In this document: piece after piece, positions 17,841 through 28,365 of the stretch
Numbering within the stretch: the first letter of the stretch is position 1
Layout of the letters: each line of letters starts with the position of its first letter
NCBI GenBank assembly: GCA_038207395.1
Contig: JBBQZW010000002.1
Span: 309-64,308, forward strand
From: Minisyncoccia bacterium
GTDB taxonomy: Bacteria; Patescibacteriota; Minisyncoccia; Phycocordibacterales; Phycocordibacteraceae
Direction of reading: 5' to 3'
Length of the DNA: 64,000 nucleotides
Translations under genes and position numbers: made by a program
Notes under the pieces: generated by a model
What the model saw: only the letters and a program-made list of their open reading frames with translations
Databases searched by the model: none
What the model was told of the DNA's origin: nothing

Positions 17841-18896
17841 TTACGAAACAATCTGCTTTGCGGCACGCTTCCCTTTGTCATAGTCATTAAGAAACTCACG
17901 CAGTGCAGCTGCAACAGGAATAGCCAGCACTACGCCAAGGAATCCTGCTAGCTCTCCCCCCACAATAAGCGCGAGAATAACAAGGAGTGGCGGAATTCCC
18001 ACCACCTTATTCACTACAAGCGGATGAATAATGTGAGACTCGAACTGATTGATGATGAGATATAAGCCCCCCACAATAAAGACGAGTGATATCCCGCCCG
18101 TTGAAAATGCGAGGGCAAGAGGAGGAACGGCTGAAAGAAATGAGCCAAAGATGGGAATGAGCATCATTGCTGCGGTGAAAAGCGCCAAAACAAAGGCGAA
18201 CGGAATACCAAGTATGACAAGACCAAGGTACGCCAGCACTCCTCCAATAAGCGACGAGAGGACTTGTCCCTGCATCCAGAGTCCAATCTTAATACGGGCC
18301 CGCAGCCAAAGACTAATAACATACTCTTCTTTATCGGCGGGTGTTATGACACGCAGAAAATCTTCAACTCCAGTATCGAGCATCGCAAAGTAGAACGAAA
18401 GAACTACGACCAAGCCAAAGGCAAAGACTCCTCCGAATATTGCAGAGAGGAGGCGGAACGCACCCTGAGATGAGCCAGAGAAGATCTCGCGGAAGTTTAG
18501 TAGTGTTGTGATGGCTGACTGCGCTTCATTAGTAAATGCCGAACCTGAGTCAAGACTTGGCATTGAGCCCACAGGAAGATTAAGTGAGTCAAGGTACTGA
18601 GGAATTTGGGAGATAAGTCCTTGTGCATCACTCAAAATGGGAGGAATGAAGAAGTAAAGAACGGCAAAGAACGAACCAAACACCGTGACGTACATCAGGA
18701 GCACTGATAATACGCGCGGGATACGGTTACGGACGAGATACCCTACTCCAGGCTCTATAGCAGAAGCGATAACGACAGCCGTAAGCACGAGAAGAACGAG
18801 TCCTCGGAGCTGCCACAGAGCGAACGCTAAGGCTCCCACAACAATTGCACGCATAAACGTACCGGTTGTAATAGAGATCGTTGAATCAGGCTTCAT
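17841..18896 (-). CDS. AI-2E family transporter (PerM-like permease)
   Basis: Multi-TM protein with AI-2E family hallmarks. The ORF extends to 19007 but overlaps the upstream glyRS stop, so the start is more likely the internal Met near 18896. Confidence 0.65.
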   Translation of the reverse strand: MKPDSTISITTGTFMRAIVVGALAFALWQLRGLVLLVLTAVVIASAIEPGVGYLVRNRIPRVLSVLLMYVTVFGSFFAVLYFFIPPILSDAQGLISQIPQYLDSLNLPVGSMPSLDSGSAFTNEAQSAITTLLNFREIFSGSSQGAFRLLSAIFGGVFAFGLVVVLSFYFAMLDTGVEDFLRVITPADKEEYVISLWLRARIKIGLWMQGQVLSSLIGGVLAYLGLVILGIPFAFVLALFTAAMMLIPIFGSFLSAVPPLALAFSTGGISLVFIVGGLYLIINQFESHIIHPLVVNKVVGIPPLLVILALIVGGELAGFLGVVLAIPVAAALREFLNDYDKGKRAAKQIVS

Positions 18897-18966
18897 ATAG
18901 GCGATAGTAGCACGAATCACTCCACCTAAAGAATCTATCCCGCACTCTAGAACTATCAGTATGTGC

Positions 18967-20361
18967 CTACGAAAGAGCGCTCCTAATCTTCTCCATAACT
19001 TCTGCAACGGTAAGGCGCTCCTGCTCTCCCGTATCGCGGTGGCGGATGGTTACGGTGTCTTTTAATTCTGGTGTCTCTCCGAGGGTATCGAAATCAATCG
19101 TGATACAGAACGGCGTACCAATCTCATCCTGTCGACGATACCGCTTCCCAATATTTCCGTTGTCGTCCCAAGCAATAGCGGGATGTATTTTCTGAAGCTC
19201 TTTACGAATTTCTTTCGCTTTCTCAACGAGCTCCGGTTTGTTTTTTAAGAGCGGTGAGACCATTGCTTTTATCGGCGCAACTCTTGGATCAAGGGCAAGA
19301 TACGTACGCTTCTCTCCCCCAAGGTCATCTTCGCGATACGCTGACGCAAGCACGGCTAGGAGTGTACGCCCAACTCCGAATGACGGTTCGATAACATGCG
19401 GGAGAAACTTCTCTCCTGATGCTTCATCCATATATTCAAGCTTTTGACTTGAGCCCGTTTGGTGTGCGTTAAGATCAAAGTCTGTGCGGTATGCGAGTCC
19501 CCAGAGCTCTCTGGTACCAAACGGAAAATCAAACTCAAAATCAATAGTTCGCATTGAGTAGTGTGCACGATCTTCTGCAGATATTTCTACTTCGTGGAGA
19601 TGTTCTACCGGAAGTCCAATCTGCTGGGAATATGCATGAATCGCCTTCCGCCATTCCTCGAAGGCACGTTCCCAATCATTCGGGTGTACAAAATACTCCA
19701 CCTCCATCTGTTCAAGTTCGCGAACGCGGAATACAAATTCACGCGGTGCTATTTCATTACGGAAAGCCTTTCCAATTTGTCCCATACCAAACGGGAGCTT
19801 CGGGTGAAATGCGTCAACAATATTCTTAAAGTTCACAAACATACCGCCTGCTGTTTCGGGACGAAGGTATACGGTTGAGTCCGCTCCTTCAACCGAGCCG
19901 ACGCTCGTACGAAACATCATATTGAATTGCTGAACATCAGAGAGCGGATTCTTTTCAGGACTCATTATTCCCTTCTCCTTTATTGCAGTACTCATCTGCT
20001 CCGGCGTCATACCTAACGGATTCACTCCCGCCTCTTCTAGAAGATGATCAGCGCGGTATCGTTTATTGGTTTTTATATCCACCACAAGCGGGTCAGAGAA
20101 GCCAGCAACGTGCCCTGATGCTTCCCATGCTTTTGGATTCATGAGGATTGCCGCATCAATCCCGTACATGTCGTCGCGTGTTTCGACGAACATGCGCCAC
20201 CATAGCGCTTCAATGTTTTTCTTCAGCGCAAGACCATGAGGACCATAGTCAAAGGTGCCGGAAAGCCCTCCATATATTTCAGAGCCAGGAAAGATAAAAC
20301 CACGGCGTTTACAGAGCGAGACGATCTGCTCAAGGGTTACGGGAGTCTGTTCTTCATTCAT
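18967..20361 (-). CDS. glyQS: Glycyl-tRNA synthetase, alpha2 (archaeal/eukaryotic-like) type
   Basis: IFPGSEIYGGLSGTFDYGPHG, class II motifs and a C-terminal anticodon-binding domain. Confidence 0.85.
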   Translation of the reverse strand: MNEEQTPVTLEQIVSLCKRRGFIFPGSEIYGGLSGTFDYGPHGLALKKNIEALWWRMFVETRDDMYGIDAAILMNPKAWEASGHVAGFSDPLVVDIKTNKRYRADHLLEEAGVNPLGMTPEQMSTAIKEKGIMSPEKNPLSDVQQFNMMFRTSVGSVEGADSTVYLRPETAGGMFVNFKNIVDAFHPKLPFGMGQIGKAFRNEIAPREFVFRVRELEQMEVEYFVHPNDWERAFEEWRKAIHAYSQQIGLPVEHLHEVEISAEDRAHYSMRTIDFEFDFPFGTRELWGLAYRTDFDLNAHQTGSSQKLEYMDEASGEKFLPHVIEPSFGVGRTLLAVLASAYREDDLGGEKRTYLALDPRVAPIKAMVSPLLKNKPELVEKAKEIRKELQKIHPAIAWDDNGNIGKRYRRQDEIGTPFCITIDFDTLGETPELKDTVTIRHRDTGEQERLTVAEVMEKIRSALS

Positions 20362-20366
20362 ATCTG

Positions 20367-22226
20367 TTACTGTACCGTACCTGAGCTTTGCGAACCTGAC
20401 AAACTCGTCGTAAGAGCGGGTGCAGTGGCTGCTGTCTGAAGTCCGGTAGCACGATCAAAGCCGGTGAATGACTGGTCTTGGAGAAGCACCGGAATACTTC
20501 CAGACTGAGAAGAACTTGGTTGGAACCCAATCTGCAAACGAGCGCTTGCTTGAGCACCGGGTGCAAGGTCGCCAACGAGCCACGTAACCGTGTGAGTGTC
20601 AGGATTATACGAGACTCCTGCGTCAGCCACACCGGTGTATCTCGCATATGAAGGTAGTTGTGCAGTTACTTTCGCCGCACCCACCGAGTTAAGGCTATTC
20701 TTTGCGGCGAGTGTAACGGTATACAAGGTTTCTTTTCCGACGCTAGGCGGGACTGGACCTGTGGTTGAAGTGTTTGTGTGGGAAAGAGTTGAGGTGAGAG
20801 TTACCGTCGTACCAACCTTAACCGTTCGGGTGAGTGTAGACGTTAGTGTTTGTGCTGCAGAACCCTGGCTTCCCTGTGTTCCGGTAACTGAAACCGTAAG
20901 CGTGATAGTTGGATTTTTAACTCCACTAAGTGCTGCCGGTGATTTCACATTAAAACTAAACGAGCCTGTTCCCGTGTCTCCCGCTGAAAGCGCAGCAAGT
21001 GAAGGATTCGTTGTGCTGTCAAAAATTACACTTGAGTCTGAGGAGCGATAGAAACCTGAGCCTCCACTAATACTCGATGGCGCAAGAGCATTTCCTGAAA
21101 GGGCTATGCGAATAGTGGCGTTCGTCAGTGTTGAAGTAAGGGTGTTTTGCCAGGTAAGCAAAGCACCAATAATGTCGCCTGGCTTTGCAGTAATAGTGTC
21201 TGCGGATTCTCGGTTAAGAGAGAGGGCAACATTTAGGAACGGATGGGTGATCGCCACTATGGCTGAACCTTCGGCGTAGGAGTTTCCAAGAGAACTCGTT
21301 CCATCAGGATTAACGCTTCCTGCAATAAAACGGAATACCCGCTGATCCGTATTCTGACCGACAAGCGTTCCTGTTATTTTTATAACCTTCTGCTCACCCG
21401 GTGCGAGCGTACCGAGAGAAAAGAAGTTTGTACCGGTAGCTGCTGGTTCGGCCTGGCGAATCGAAAAGCCTGAGGGGTACTGTGCGCTGAGCGCCACATT
21501 CGCAACAGGAGCGGTCGCATTTGAACGAACAATGACATTCAGCGTTAACGATTGACCTGAGGGTGTTTGTGAAAGAGTCTGCACCTGCACACTTATTGGT
21601 GATGTGGAGACCGTAACAGAATACTCTTTCTGGGAAACAAAGAGTGCATTTGAATTATCCGAATGATATTCGACTTTAAGTGGAATAGTGAGCGACTGTC
21701 CTTGAGTACCAAAAAGTTTTACCTGCACCGTACGAGTTACATCTCCCCCTGCTGGAATATTTCCCAGAACGTCACTGTACTGGGTGAGCGGCGCGTCAGT
21801 GTCATCACCAGAACGTGTTCCTTCAGGGAGCGCTGCAAAGAGCCTGGCATCGTTTAATGCGGTTGGATTTCCGTTATGAACCGTAATCACAATAGAGACC
21901 GTGTCGCCGCTTGCGATGCTTGCAGTGGACTGTGCTTCTATAGCAACCCGATCACTTGAGAATGCGCGAGTGCCGTGTAGTAAGAGAAACGCTGCCGCTC
22001 CGCCTGCTAGTACGAGAAATATAATGGTTCCGATAAGAAACTTCACCGCCCATGACATGTGCTTTTTTGGAGGTAGCGGGGGCGGTTCCGGTAAGGGAGC
22101 CTGCCACCCATAATTTATTGGGGCTTCTTTATTTGAATACGCAGGTACCGTTACGTGCTCTGGCGCTTGGGGGCGATACAGGCGATCTTCAAGAGATTCT
22201 AAGGGTGATCGTTTCTCAGGGGGCAT
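20367..22226 (-). CDS. Membrane-anchored surface protein with a Pro-rich cytoplasmic N-terminus, one TM helix and Thr/Ser-rich beta-repeat domains
   Basis: PLPEPPPLPPKK, then TM AVKFLIGTIIFLVLAGGAAAFLLL, followed by about 500 aa of Thr/Ser/Val-rich repeats. It is co-directional with, and 5 nt after, the glyRS gene. Confidence 0.55.
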   Translation of the reverse strand: MPPEKRSPLESLEDRLYRPQAPEHVTVPAYSNKEAPINYGWQAPLPEPPPLPPKKHMSWAVKFLIGTIIFLVLAGGAAAFLLLHGTRAFSSDRVAIEAQSTASIASGDTVSIVITVHNGNPTALNDARLFAALPEGTRSGDDTDAPLTQYSDVLGNIPAGGDVTRTVQVKLFGTQGQSLTIPLKVEYHSDNSNALFVSQKEYSVTVSTSPISVQVQTLSQTPSGQSLTLNVIVRSNATAPVANVALSAQYPSGFSIRQAEPAATGTNFFSLGTLAPGEQKVIKITGTLVGQNTDQRVFRFIAGSVNPDGTSSLGNSYAEGSAIVAITHPFLNVALSLNRESADTITAKPGDIIGALLTWQNTLTSTLTNATIRIALSGNALAPSSISGGSGFYRSSDSSVIFDSTTNPSLAALSAGDTGTGSFSFNVKSPAALSGVKNPTITLTVSVTGTQGSQGSAAQTLTSTLTRTVKVGTTVTLTSTLSHTNTSTTGPVPPSVGKETLYTVTLAAKNSLNSVGAAKVTAQLPSYARYTGVADAGVSYNPDTHTVTWLVGDLAPGAQASARLQIGFQPSSSQSGSIPVLLQDQSFTGFDRATGLQTAATAPALTTSLSGSQSSGTVQ

Positions 22227-22267
22227 TGCGAATAGTATATACCGTGTGCCGTGCAGTACGCAGATAA

Positions 22268-22846
22268 TTACAATCCTGATTCACTAATTCCGTGATTAAT
22301 TCGAGCGATGAGTTTTGTGCGGTCAGCGGAAGCACGCGCAAGCGCGCTTCCGGGCGTACCGGAACTATAGTCATCAGCAGCGCCATACGTATCTCCTGCA
22401 TCTACTCCAAGCACATGAAGCATCCTAAGGACGGCGAGCATTTCTGCTGCATCCTGTTCTTCTTCGGAACGTCCAGGTAAAGCACTAAGGAAAGAAGAAA
22501 GTAATAAAAAGAGTTCTGGGTCGGCATGCTCGCCCCGAATAAGACGGTCTGCAAGTTCCATGACACGGGCGGCGCGCTTGCGCGCCGCCCTATCTAACTC
22601 ACGTGCCCAGTTCGTTTCCAACACTGCTCCTGCCATACGCCACACTTCTTTTCCCCGCAATAGCGTCACGTCAGACGCTGAAAGCGTTTGCATGCCGGCA
22701 CTCATCTTTGCACTTCCCTTTCGAGCTCCTTGTGAACGCGCTCGTATAAGACCGAAGTCTTCAGTCAGTAATGATGCCGTAATACTTTCTTCACCCGAAG
22801 GTGTTCGAGCGAGGACAAGTGCACGTGTTGAATACTTATGCCTCAT
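22268..22846 (-). CDS. recO: DNA repair protein RecO, short form
   Basis: N-terminal OB fold RALVLARTPSGEESITASLLTEDFGLIRARSQGARKG matches the RecO pattern (A.VL..R..GE.....L.T...G.......GAR). Confidence 0.55.
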   Translation of the reverse strand: MRHKYSTRALVLARTPSGEESITASLLTEDFGLIRARSQGARKGSAKMSAGMQTLSASDVTLLRGKEVWRMAGAVLETNWARELDRAARKRAARVMELADRLIRGEHADPELFLLLSSFLSALPGRSEEEQDAAEMLAVLRMLHVLGVDAGDTYGAADDYSSGTPGSALARASADRTKLIARINHGISESGL

Positions 22847-22860
22847 TGCAAAGATTCTCG

Positions 22861-25800
22861 TTATGTACGGATCAAAGAGAATCGTACCGGACCGGTGGAA
22901 AGTTCTGCGATATATACACCGTCTTCACGTCGATCAACCGTCACGCGATCACGAGGTGAGAGATCTTCACTCTTTCGCGCTTCAGCCACTGCGCGCGCAA
23001 ACGCGCGTTCATCACCTTCAACGATAAGCTCCGGAGTAAGTATCGTGTCGATAGAAACCGATTCAGCTCCCGTCTTCACCTCTTTAACATTCACTTCTTC
23101 CATAAGAATTCCAGCGAGCGCCGAAGAGAGTTCACCTGGAATTGAAAGTGACGCAAGCGGCTGGCGCACTTTCATGTCTGCTTTTTGACGAAGCATTAGT
23201 GCTTCAGAGGCAAGCTCACGCACACGCTTCATATCCTCGATCAGCTGCTCGTCTGAGTCCCCACCTTCCGGCCAGCTCATTAGATGAACGCTTTCTGCAT
23301 CATGTTCATCACGAAATATTTGGAACATATCTTCTGCAAGGAAAGGCGAAAATGGTGCGAGCATGAGCGCACTTTTCATAAGGGTTTCGCGAAGCGTGGT
23401 GAGTGCAGCAGCATCACCGTCACGTGCACGATCACGAATACGGCGTACGTACCACTGAGAAAGATCTTCGAACAAACCGGCAAGAGAGCGCGTTGCGTCA
23501 TACGGACGATACCCGTCCATATGTTCCGTAACACTCAGCACTGTTTCGTTTGTACGCGCCTGCATCCATAGATCAATTGGCTGGTATTCGAGCGGTTCCT
23601 CACCCCCTTCCTGCTGTCCGTCTTTAAAGAGGGCGAAGAATTTTACACTGTTCTCAAACCAGGAAAGTGCACGGGCAGACTCGCGAACAGTTTTCACATC
23701 AAAATTCTTTGAATCCCCTGGCTGATTAACGCTATACATCCAGAATCGGAGTGTGTCAGCTCCCCACTCATCTATCGCTTCCCACGGATTAATGACATTG
23801 CCTTTCGACTTACTCATTTTCTTCCCTTCAGCATCCAAAAGATGTCCCAGAGAAATAACGTTCTTATAGGGTGCGCCTTTACCGGTAAGTACGCCAATGG
23901 CGAGGAGTGTATAGAACCACCCGCGTGTCTGGTCTATCGCTTCAGAAATATAGTCGGCAGGATATCCTGGACCATCCACCCACTCTTTGTTTTCAAATGG
24001 ATAGTGATCTTGCGCAAACGGCATTGAGCCTGAGTCAAACCACACATCCATTACTTCCGAAACGCGGCGAAGCTCAGTTCCAGCGTCACTCAAAAGCACT
24101 ACCTCATCAATAAACGGACGATGTAGATCTAGCTCATATTTTTCATTGTGCGGAAGTGGTGCAAATTCAAATTCAAGCACTCCAGCAAATGGAAGGCTAG
24201 TATGCGTCAATAACATTGACTCGGCACTCGTAGCGCCTAGCGCGACCGCCGGAACAACTTCTGAGGCAACACCGTGACTAACAATGAGGATTCGTTCATT
24301 CGTTATCGTTCGTTCAATCTCATACAGGAAGTCACCGAAACGGTTCTTTGCCATCTGATAACTTTCTCCGTCAGGAAAGGAATGGTCATACGGGTGACTA
24401 TCTCGATACGCTATGTATTCGTCGAGTGTTCCCTCTCCATAAAAAGAACCGAAATTAAGTTCACGAAGACGGTCATCGTATGTAATAGCGGAATGATCAA
24501 TGCCGAGTTCATCTGCTACGAGTTTTGCGGTCTGTGTTGTTCGTTCAAAGGGCGATGCAAAAATACGAGTTACCTTTTTTTCTTTTAACGCTTCCGCGGA
24601 TACCTGTACCTGAGTCCGGCCTGTTTCAGTAAGACTAAATCTTTTTTCATTTTTGCAGTCGAGGAAATTTCGTATATTATTCTCTGCCTCTCCGTGACGC
24701 ATTAGGAAATACGTATTCCCGCTTTTTGGTATACGTGCTTTTAGTTCATCGACAGATCCAATAACAATCCGTTCTCCGGTATCTTTGTTCTCCCACACCG
24801 GAAGCGGCGTGCCCCAATATCGTTCACGAGAGACGGCCCACTCTTTCGCACCTGCGAGCCACTCGCCCATACGCCCTTCCTGGATGTATCCCGGCTCCCA
24901 ATGAATCTTTTTGTTTTCTGCTACAAGTGTATCTCGTAAATCATGCATGCGGATGAACCACGAATCACGCGCGTAGTATATGAGTCGGTTCTTACTTCGC
25001 CAACAGTGCGGGTATGAATGGGTGTACGACTCCTTTGAAAATACTGCATTCTTTGCCTGCAAATCTTTAAGAATTTCAACATTAGTGTCAGGACTGACTA
25101 CCGACATTCCTTCAAACATACCGGTGCCGGGGAGAAACGTTCCATCCGGTGCCACCAAATGTACTTTTGGAAGTCCAACCTTTTGCCCTAATTCAAAGTC
25201 ATCCTGGCCATACATAACGGCCGTGTGCACGATACCCGTACCATCTTCAGTCGTTACAAAGTCAGCAGCGTGCACCGTATATGCTGTCTCGAACTTTGAC
25301 TGCTCAGTTTCCGAAGCAAGCTGTTGAGCGAATGGATAGAGTGGGGTGTATTCGGTTCCCACCAAATCTTTTCCAAGGTATGTGTCACCAGTAAGATACG
25401 CCTCTCCTTCGAAGTTAAAAAGTTTGGTCACGAGATTTTGCGCAACAATATACTTTTCACTTCCCTTAAGAACTTTTACATATTCAATATCCTTCCCGAC
25501 TGCGAGCGCGATGTTTCCAGGAAGCGTCCAAGGAGTCGTAGTCCATGCGAGGAAGTATGTGCCTGGTTCGTCAGCAAGTTCAAACTTTGCCGTGATCGTA
25601 AGATCTTTGACGTCTTCGTATCCTTGAGCAAGCTCATGGCTCGAAAGCGCGGTACCGCAGACCGGACACCACGGAAGAACTTTGTAGTCTTTATACAAAC
25701 GATCGTCGTCAGAAATACCCTTTAAAATATTCCACACAGACTCCATGAACTTCGGATCAAACGTAAAATACGCTTTGTCTTGATCAACCCAATACCCAAT

Positions 25801-26217
25801 GCGGTCCGTGAACTGCTGCCATTCGTTTACATACGTAAATACACTCTCTCTACATTTCGCATTAAATTCAGCGATGCCATATGCCTCAATATCTTTCTTT
25901 CCTGAAAAGCCAAGCTGCTTCTCTACTTCAAGCTCCACCGGAAGACCATGCGTGTCCCACCCAGCTCTGCGAGGCACATGATATCCACGCATTGTTTTAT
26001 AGCGCGGAAGTGCATCTTTAAAGGCACGGGACTCGAGGTGATGAACACCCGGACGTCCGTTTGCCGTTGGAGGACCTTCATAAAATACGAATTCACCGCT
26101 CGGCGATTCTTTCTGAAGACTTTTCTCAAAAATGGTGTTCTCCTTCCAAAAGGCTAAAATGCGTTCCTCACGCACCGAGGCGTCAGATTTTTTCGGGGTC
26201 TTTTCAGATTCGCTCAT
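22861..26217 (-). CDS. ileS: Isoleucyl-tRNA synthetase carrying an in-frame histidine-phosphatase (PGAM-like) domain insertion
   Basis: HIGH-like [12 protein letters not shown], the editing domain, [16 protein letters not shown] and DVWFDSGS motifs. An inserted segment (aa about 500-690) bears RHGE and LIVSHGV motifs. Confidence 0.9.
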   Translation of the reverse strand: MSESEKTPKKSDASVREERILAFWKENTIFEKSLQKESPSGEFVFYEGPPTANGRPGVHHLESRAFKDALPRYKTMRGYHVPRRAGWDTHGLPVELEVEKQLGFSGKKDIEAYGIAEFNAKCRESVFTYVNEWQQFTDRIGYWVDQDKAYFTFDPKFMESVWNILKGISDDDRLYKDYKVLPWCPVCGTALSSHELAQGYEDVKDLTITAKFELADEPGTYFLAWTTTPWTLPGNIALAVGKDIEYVKVLKGSEKYIVAQNLVTKLFNFEGEAYLTGDTYLGKDLVGTEYTPLYPFAQQLASETEQSKFETAYTVHAADFVTTEDGTGIVHTAVMYGQDDFELGQKVGLPKVHLVAPDGTFLPGTGMFEGMSVVSPDTNVEILKDLQAKNAVFSKESYTHSYPHCWRSKNRLIYYARDSWFIRMHDLRDTLVAENKKIHWEPGYIQEGRMGEWLAGAKEWAVSRERYWGTPLPVWENKDTGERIVIGSVDELKARIPKSGNTYFLMRHGEAENNIRNFLDCKNEKRFSLTETGRTQVQVSAEALKEKKVTRIFASPFERTTQTAKLVADELGIDHSAITYDDRLRELNFGSFYGEGTLDEYIAYRDSHPYDHSFPDGESYQMAKNRFGDFLYEIERTITNERILIVSHGVASEVVPAVALGATSAESMLLTHTSLPFAGVLEFEFAPLPHNEKYELDLHRPFIDEVVLLSDAGTELRRVSEVMDVWFDSGSMPFAQDHYPFENKEWVDGPGYPADYISEAIDQTRGWFYTLLAIGVLTGKGAPYKNVISLGHLLDAEGKKMSKSKGNVINPWEAIDEWGADTLRFWMYSVNQPGDSKNFDVKTVRESARALSWFENSVKFFALFKDGQQEGGEEPLEYQPIDLWMQARTNETVLSVTEHMDGYRPYDATRSLAGLFEDLSQWYVRRIRDRARDGDAAALTTLRETLMKSALMLAPFSPFLAEDMFQIFRDEHDAESVHLMSWPEGGDSDEQLIEDMKRVRELASEALMLRQKADMKVRQPLASLSIPGELSSALAGILMEEVNVKEVKTGAESVSIDTILTPELIVEGDERAFARAVAEARKSEDLSPRDRVTVDRREDGVYIAELSTGPVRFSLIRT
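24148..24717 (-). other. Inserted histidine phosphatase / phosphoglycerate-mutase-like domain inside ileS
   Basis: [12 protein letters not shown] (the RHG catalytic His) ... [14 protein letters not shown] ... ILIVSHGV (second catalytic His). It lies between the Ile[10 protein letters not shown] and DVWFDSGS segments. Confidence 0.7.
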
Positions 26218-26656
26218 AATATAGCCATCCTACCGCTCCTGAGCACAAAAGAAAAACCCGACGCGCATGGAGCGCGCCGGGTCAGGCGAATGTGCTGAAA
26301 TGAAATCAGCGATGCGAAGGAATGGGCGAACCATTGAAGCCGCTGAAAAATGCGAGGAGTGCTTTGCGCGCCCGCTGCGTCAGCGACTTTCTTCCCTTGA
26401 ACTTCGAGTAGGCACTGCGTGCCTCACGCGCGATTCCCTTTCGGTTTCCGAAAGTGGCTTGAAATGCTCGCTGGAACAGACGTTCCGCGCTGCAGCGCAA
26501 GTGGGTGCAGACCTCATTGATCTGCGTTTGGATTCCTTTTCGTGCCAAGGTACCGTCTCCCTGTAACATTTGCCACTTTATTGCGACAAGAGCTACCATA
26601 CCTCGCCCCTACCTAACACGCAAGTGAGTTATGCAGTCCCCTACTCTTTTGATTCA
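26218..26656 (-). promoter_or_regulatory. Structured GC-rich ileS 5' leader of about 400 nt that ends in an intrinsic terminator (26245-26280) just upstream of the ileS RBS. It is a candidate attenuator, T-box-like riboswitch or ncRNA.
   Basis: No credible ORF. Multiple short GC hairpins are present. The terminal hairpin CCCGGCGCGC-uccau-GCGCGUCGGG is followed by UUUUUCUUUU, then AGGAUGG (SD) and AUG. Confidence 0.5.
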
Positions 26657-28333
26657 CTACATTCGCTCCGGCGCAGGAATACCCAAAAGCCACAAACCGT
26701 TTTGCATCGTATGTATAAATGATTGCACTAGAGCAAGTTTCACCGCTTCATCTTCTGAACCAATGATGCGTTCGTTTGCATAGAAAGAATTCCATTCACT
26801 CGCAAGCTGAATGAGGTACGTCGCAATGATGTGCGGGCCAGAAAGTTCCTGGGCTTTTGTAACTACACCCGGGAAGCGAGTGATGAGACGCGCAAGTGCC
26901 GAAGGAGCAAGCGCATCTGAAAGCTCAGGCGTTACTTCCGATTTCTCCAGAATGGTACGGGCGCGTACGAGCGCGTACTGAAGATACGGCCCTGAGTCCC
27001 CCTCAAGAGCGAGGGACTTTTCTGGATCGAAAACAATACTTCCTCCTGGTGCACTTCGAAGAATCATATATTTAAGTGCTCCCACAGCCACCTGTTGTGC
27101 GACTACGGGATCACTATTCCGTTCAGTGGCGCGCTCTAGCACTTCGGTTAGTAATTCACGCGCAGTGATTACATTTCCTTTTCGTGACGACATTTTCCCC
27201 GTGGTAAGTGTTAGAAGGCCGTGAGAAATATGACTCATCTTCGCCGCTACCAAAGGAGCAATCTCAGAGAGTGCTGAAAGAAATACTTTAAAGTGACCTG
27301 TCTGCTCTGATCCGGTTTCAATAATGATTGCGTCAGTCTCAATTCGTTCTTCTTTATAAAAGGCGAGACCTATATCTTTAGCTTCGTACGTGGGGGTGCC
27401 GCGTGAAGTAATGAAGACAAGGGTGTGGAGACCTTTTTTCTCTCCTGAGTAAATTACTGCTCCTTCGCTTTCTTCGAATACCCCTTTTGCAAGTCCATCC
27501 TTTACCACGGTCACTCCAGTAGCAGTCACTTCACTTTCAAAAAAGTAGTAGTCAAAGTTTGTATCTAATGTTCGATATATTTCACGGAACGACTCCAACG
27601 CAAGATCGCGTCCCTTACGCCATAGTTCAAGCAGCATTCGTTCTTCATCAGTATGGTCTCCAGATACCTTATCCAGTGCCTTGTAGAGTTCAACGTTCAA
27701 TACATCAATTTCCTGCTTAGCTTTTTCTGACTCTTCATATGCGTTTGCGCCGTGCGTGTAGGCTTCCCCTATCTCGCGGGAAGTTGCGGGCTCGGTGATA
27801 TTTTTTTCTCGCAATGCCCAAAGTGCTTTTGCCACATGAGGACCCACGTCTCCTCCGTAACTATCGCGCAGAACGTGCGCACCTGAATATTCCGTAATAC
27901 GAGCAACGGACTCCCCAATAACCGTACTGAGCAAATGACCAATGTGCATTTCTTTAAACGGATTAGGACAGGAGTATTCAATCATTACTCGTTTCCCTGC
28001 TTGTGCGTCATTTTTTCCCCATAGTTCTGGAGCGCTCACTGCATCATTGAGAATATTTGAAAGCACATACGCGGATAGCGTGATGTTCACGAACCCTGGT
28101 CCCGCAACTTCTATGCGCGAAGCATCTTCACCAAGCGCATTTATAAGCGCGGTCTGCAGTACTTCCGCAATTTCATGCGGAGGCTTTCCTAGCTGTTTGC
28201 TTGCAGCAAGCGCCGCATTCACAGCGAAATCGCCGTGCGTCATATCAGCCGGCCACTCCACCGCAAATGAGATATCCTTAGCTCCCATCTGCGAAAGTGC
28301 TTGTTCAACAGCATTTCGAATCTTCTCTTCCAT
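26657..28333 (-). CDS. argS: Arginyl-tRNA synthetase
   Basis: HIGH variant in MHIGHLLSTVIGESVARI, with ArgRS N-terminal and DALR anticodon-binding domains. Confidence 0.9.
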   Translation of the reverse strand: MEEKIRNAVEQALSQMGAKDISFAVEWPADMTHGDFAVNAALAASKQLGKPPHEIAEVLQTALINALGEDASRIEVAGPGFVNITLSAYVLSNILNDAVSAPELWGKNDAQAGKRVMIEYSCPNPFKEMHIGHLLSTVIGESVARITEYSGAHVLRDSYGGDVGPHVAKALWALREKNITEPATSREIGEAYTHGANAYEESEKAKQEIDVLNVELYKALDKVSGDHTDEERMLLELWRKGRDLALESFREIYRTLDTNFDYYFFESEVTATGVTVVKDGLAKGVFEESEGAVIYSGEKKGLHTLVFITSRGTPTYEAKDIGLAFYKEERIETDAIIIETGSEQTGHFKVFLSALSEIAPLVAAKMSHISHGLLTLTTGKMSSRKGNVITARELLTEVLERATERNSDPVVAQQVAVGALKYMILRSAPGGSIVFDPEKSLALEGDSGPYLQYALVRARTILEKSEVTPELSDALAPSALARLITRFPGVVTKAQELSGPHIIATYLIQLASEWNSFYANERIIGSEDEAVKLALVQSFIHTMQNGLWLLGIPAPERM

Positions 28334-28365
28334 ATGGCGACTATACCAGATTAGGCCTTAGATGC

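Noticed and set aside
26267-26599. ORFs 26267..26566 (+, 99 aa) and 26306..26599 (-, 97 aa) inside the ileS leader.
   Set aside because: They overlap each other on opposite strands in a GC-rich hairpin-dense region, have no SD sequences and no recognisable protein motifs, and read through a terminator hairpin. Most likely they are non-coding.
26218-26656. Considered tmRNA, RNase P RNA, SRP RNA or 6S RNA for the structured region upstream of ileS.
   Set aside because: No tRNA-like T-arm (GGUUCGAnUCC) or terminal acceptor/CCA, no tag-peptide reading frame ending ALAA-stop, no RNase P P4 (AGGAAAGUCCGGGCUCC) or GGUAAGAGCGCACC motifs, and no SRP domain IV motif. The position and terminator-then-RBS architecture fit a cis-acting leader better.
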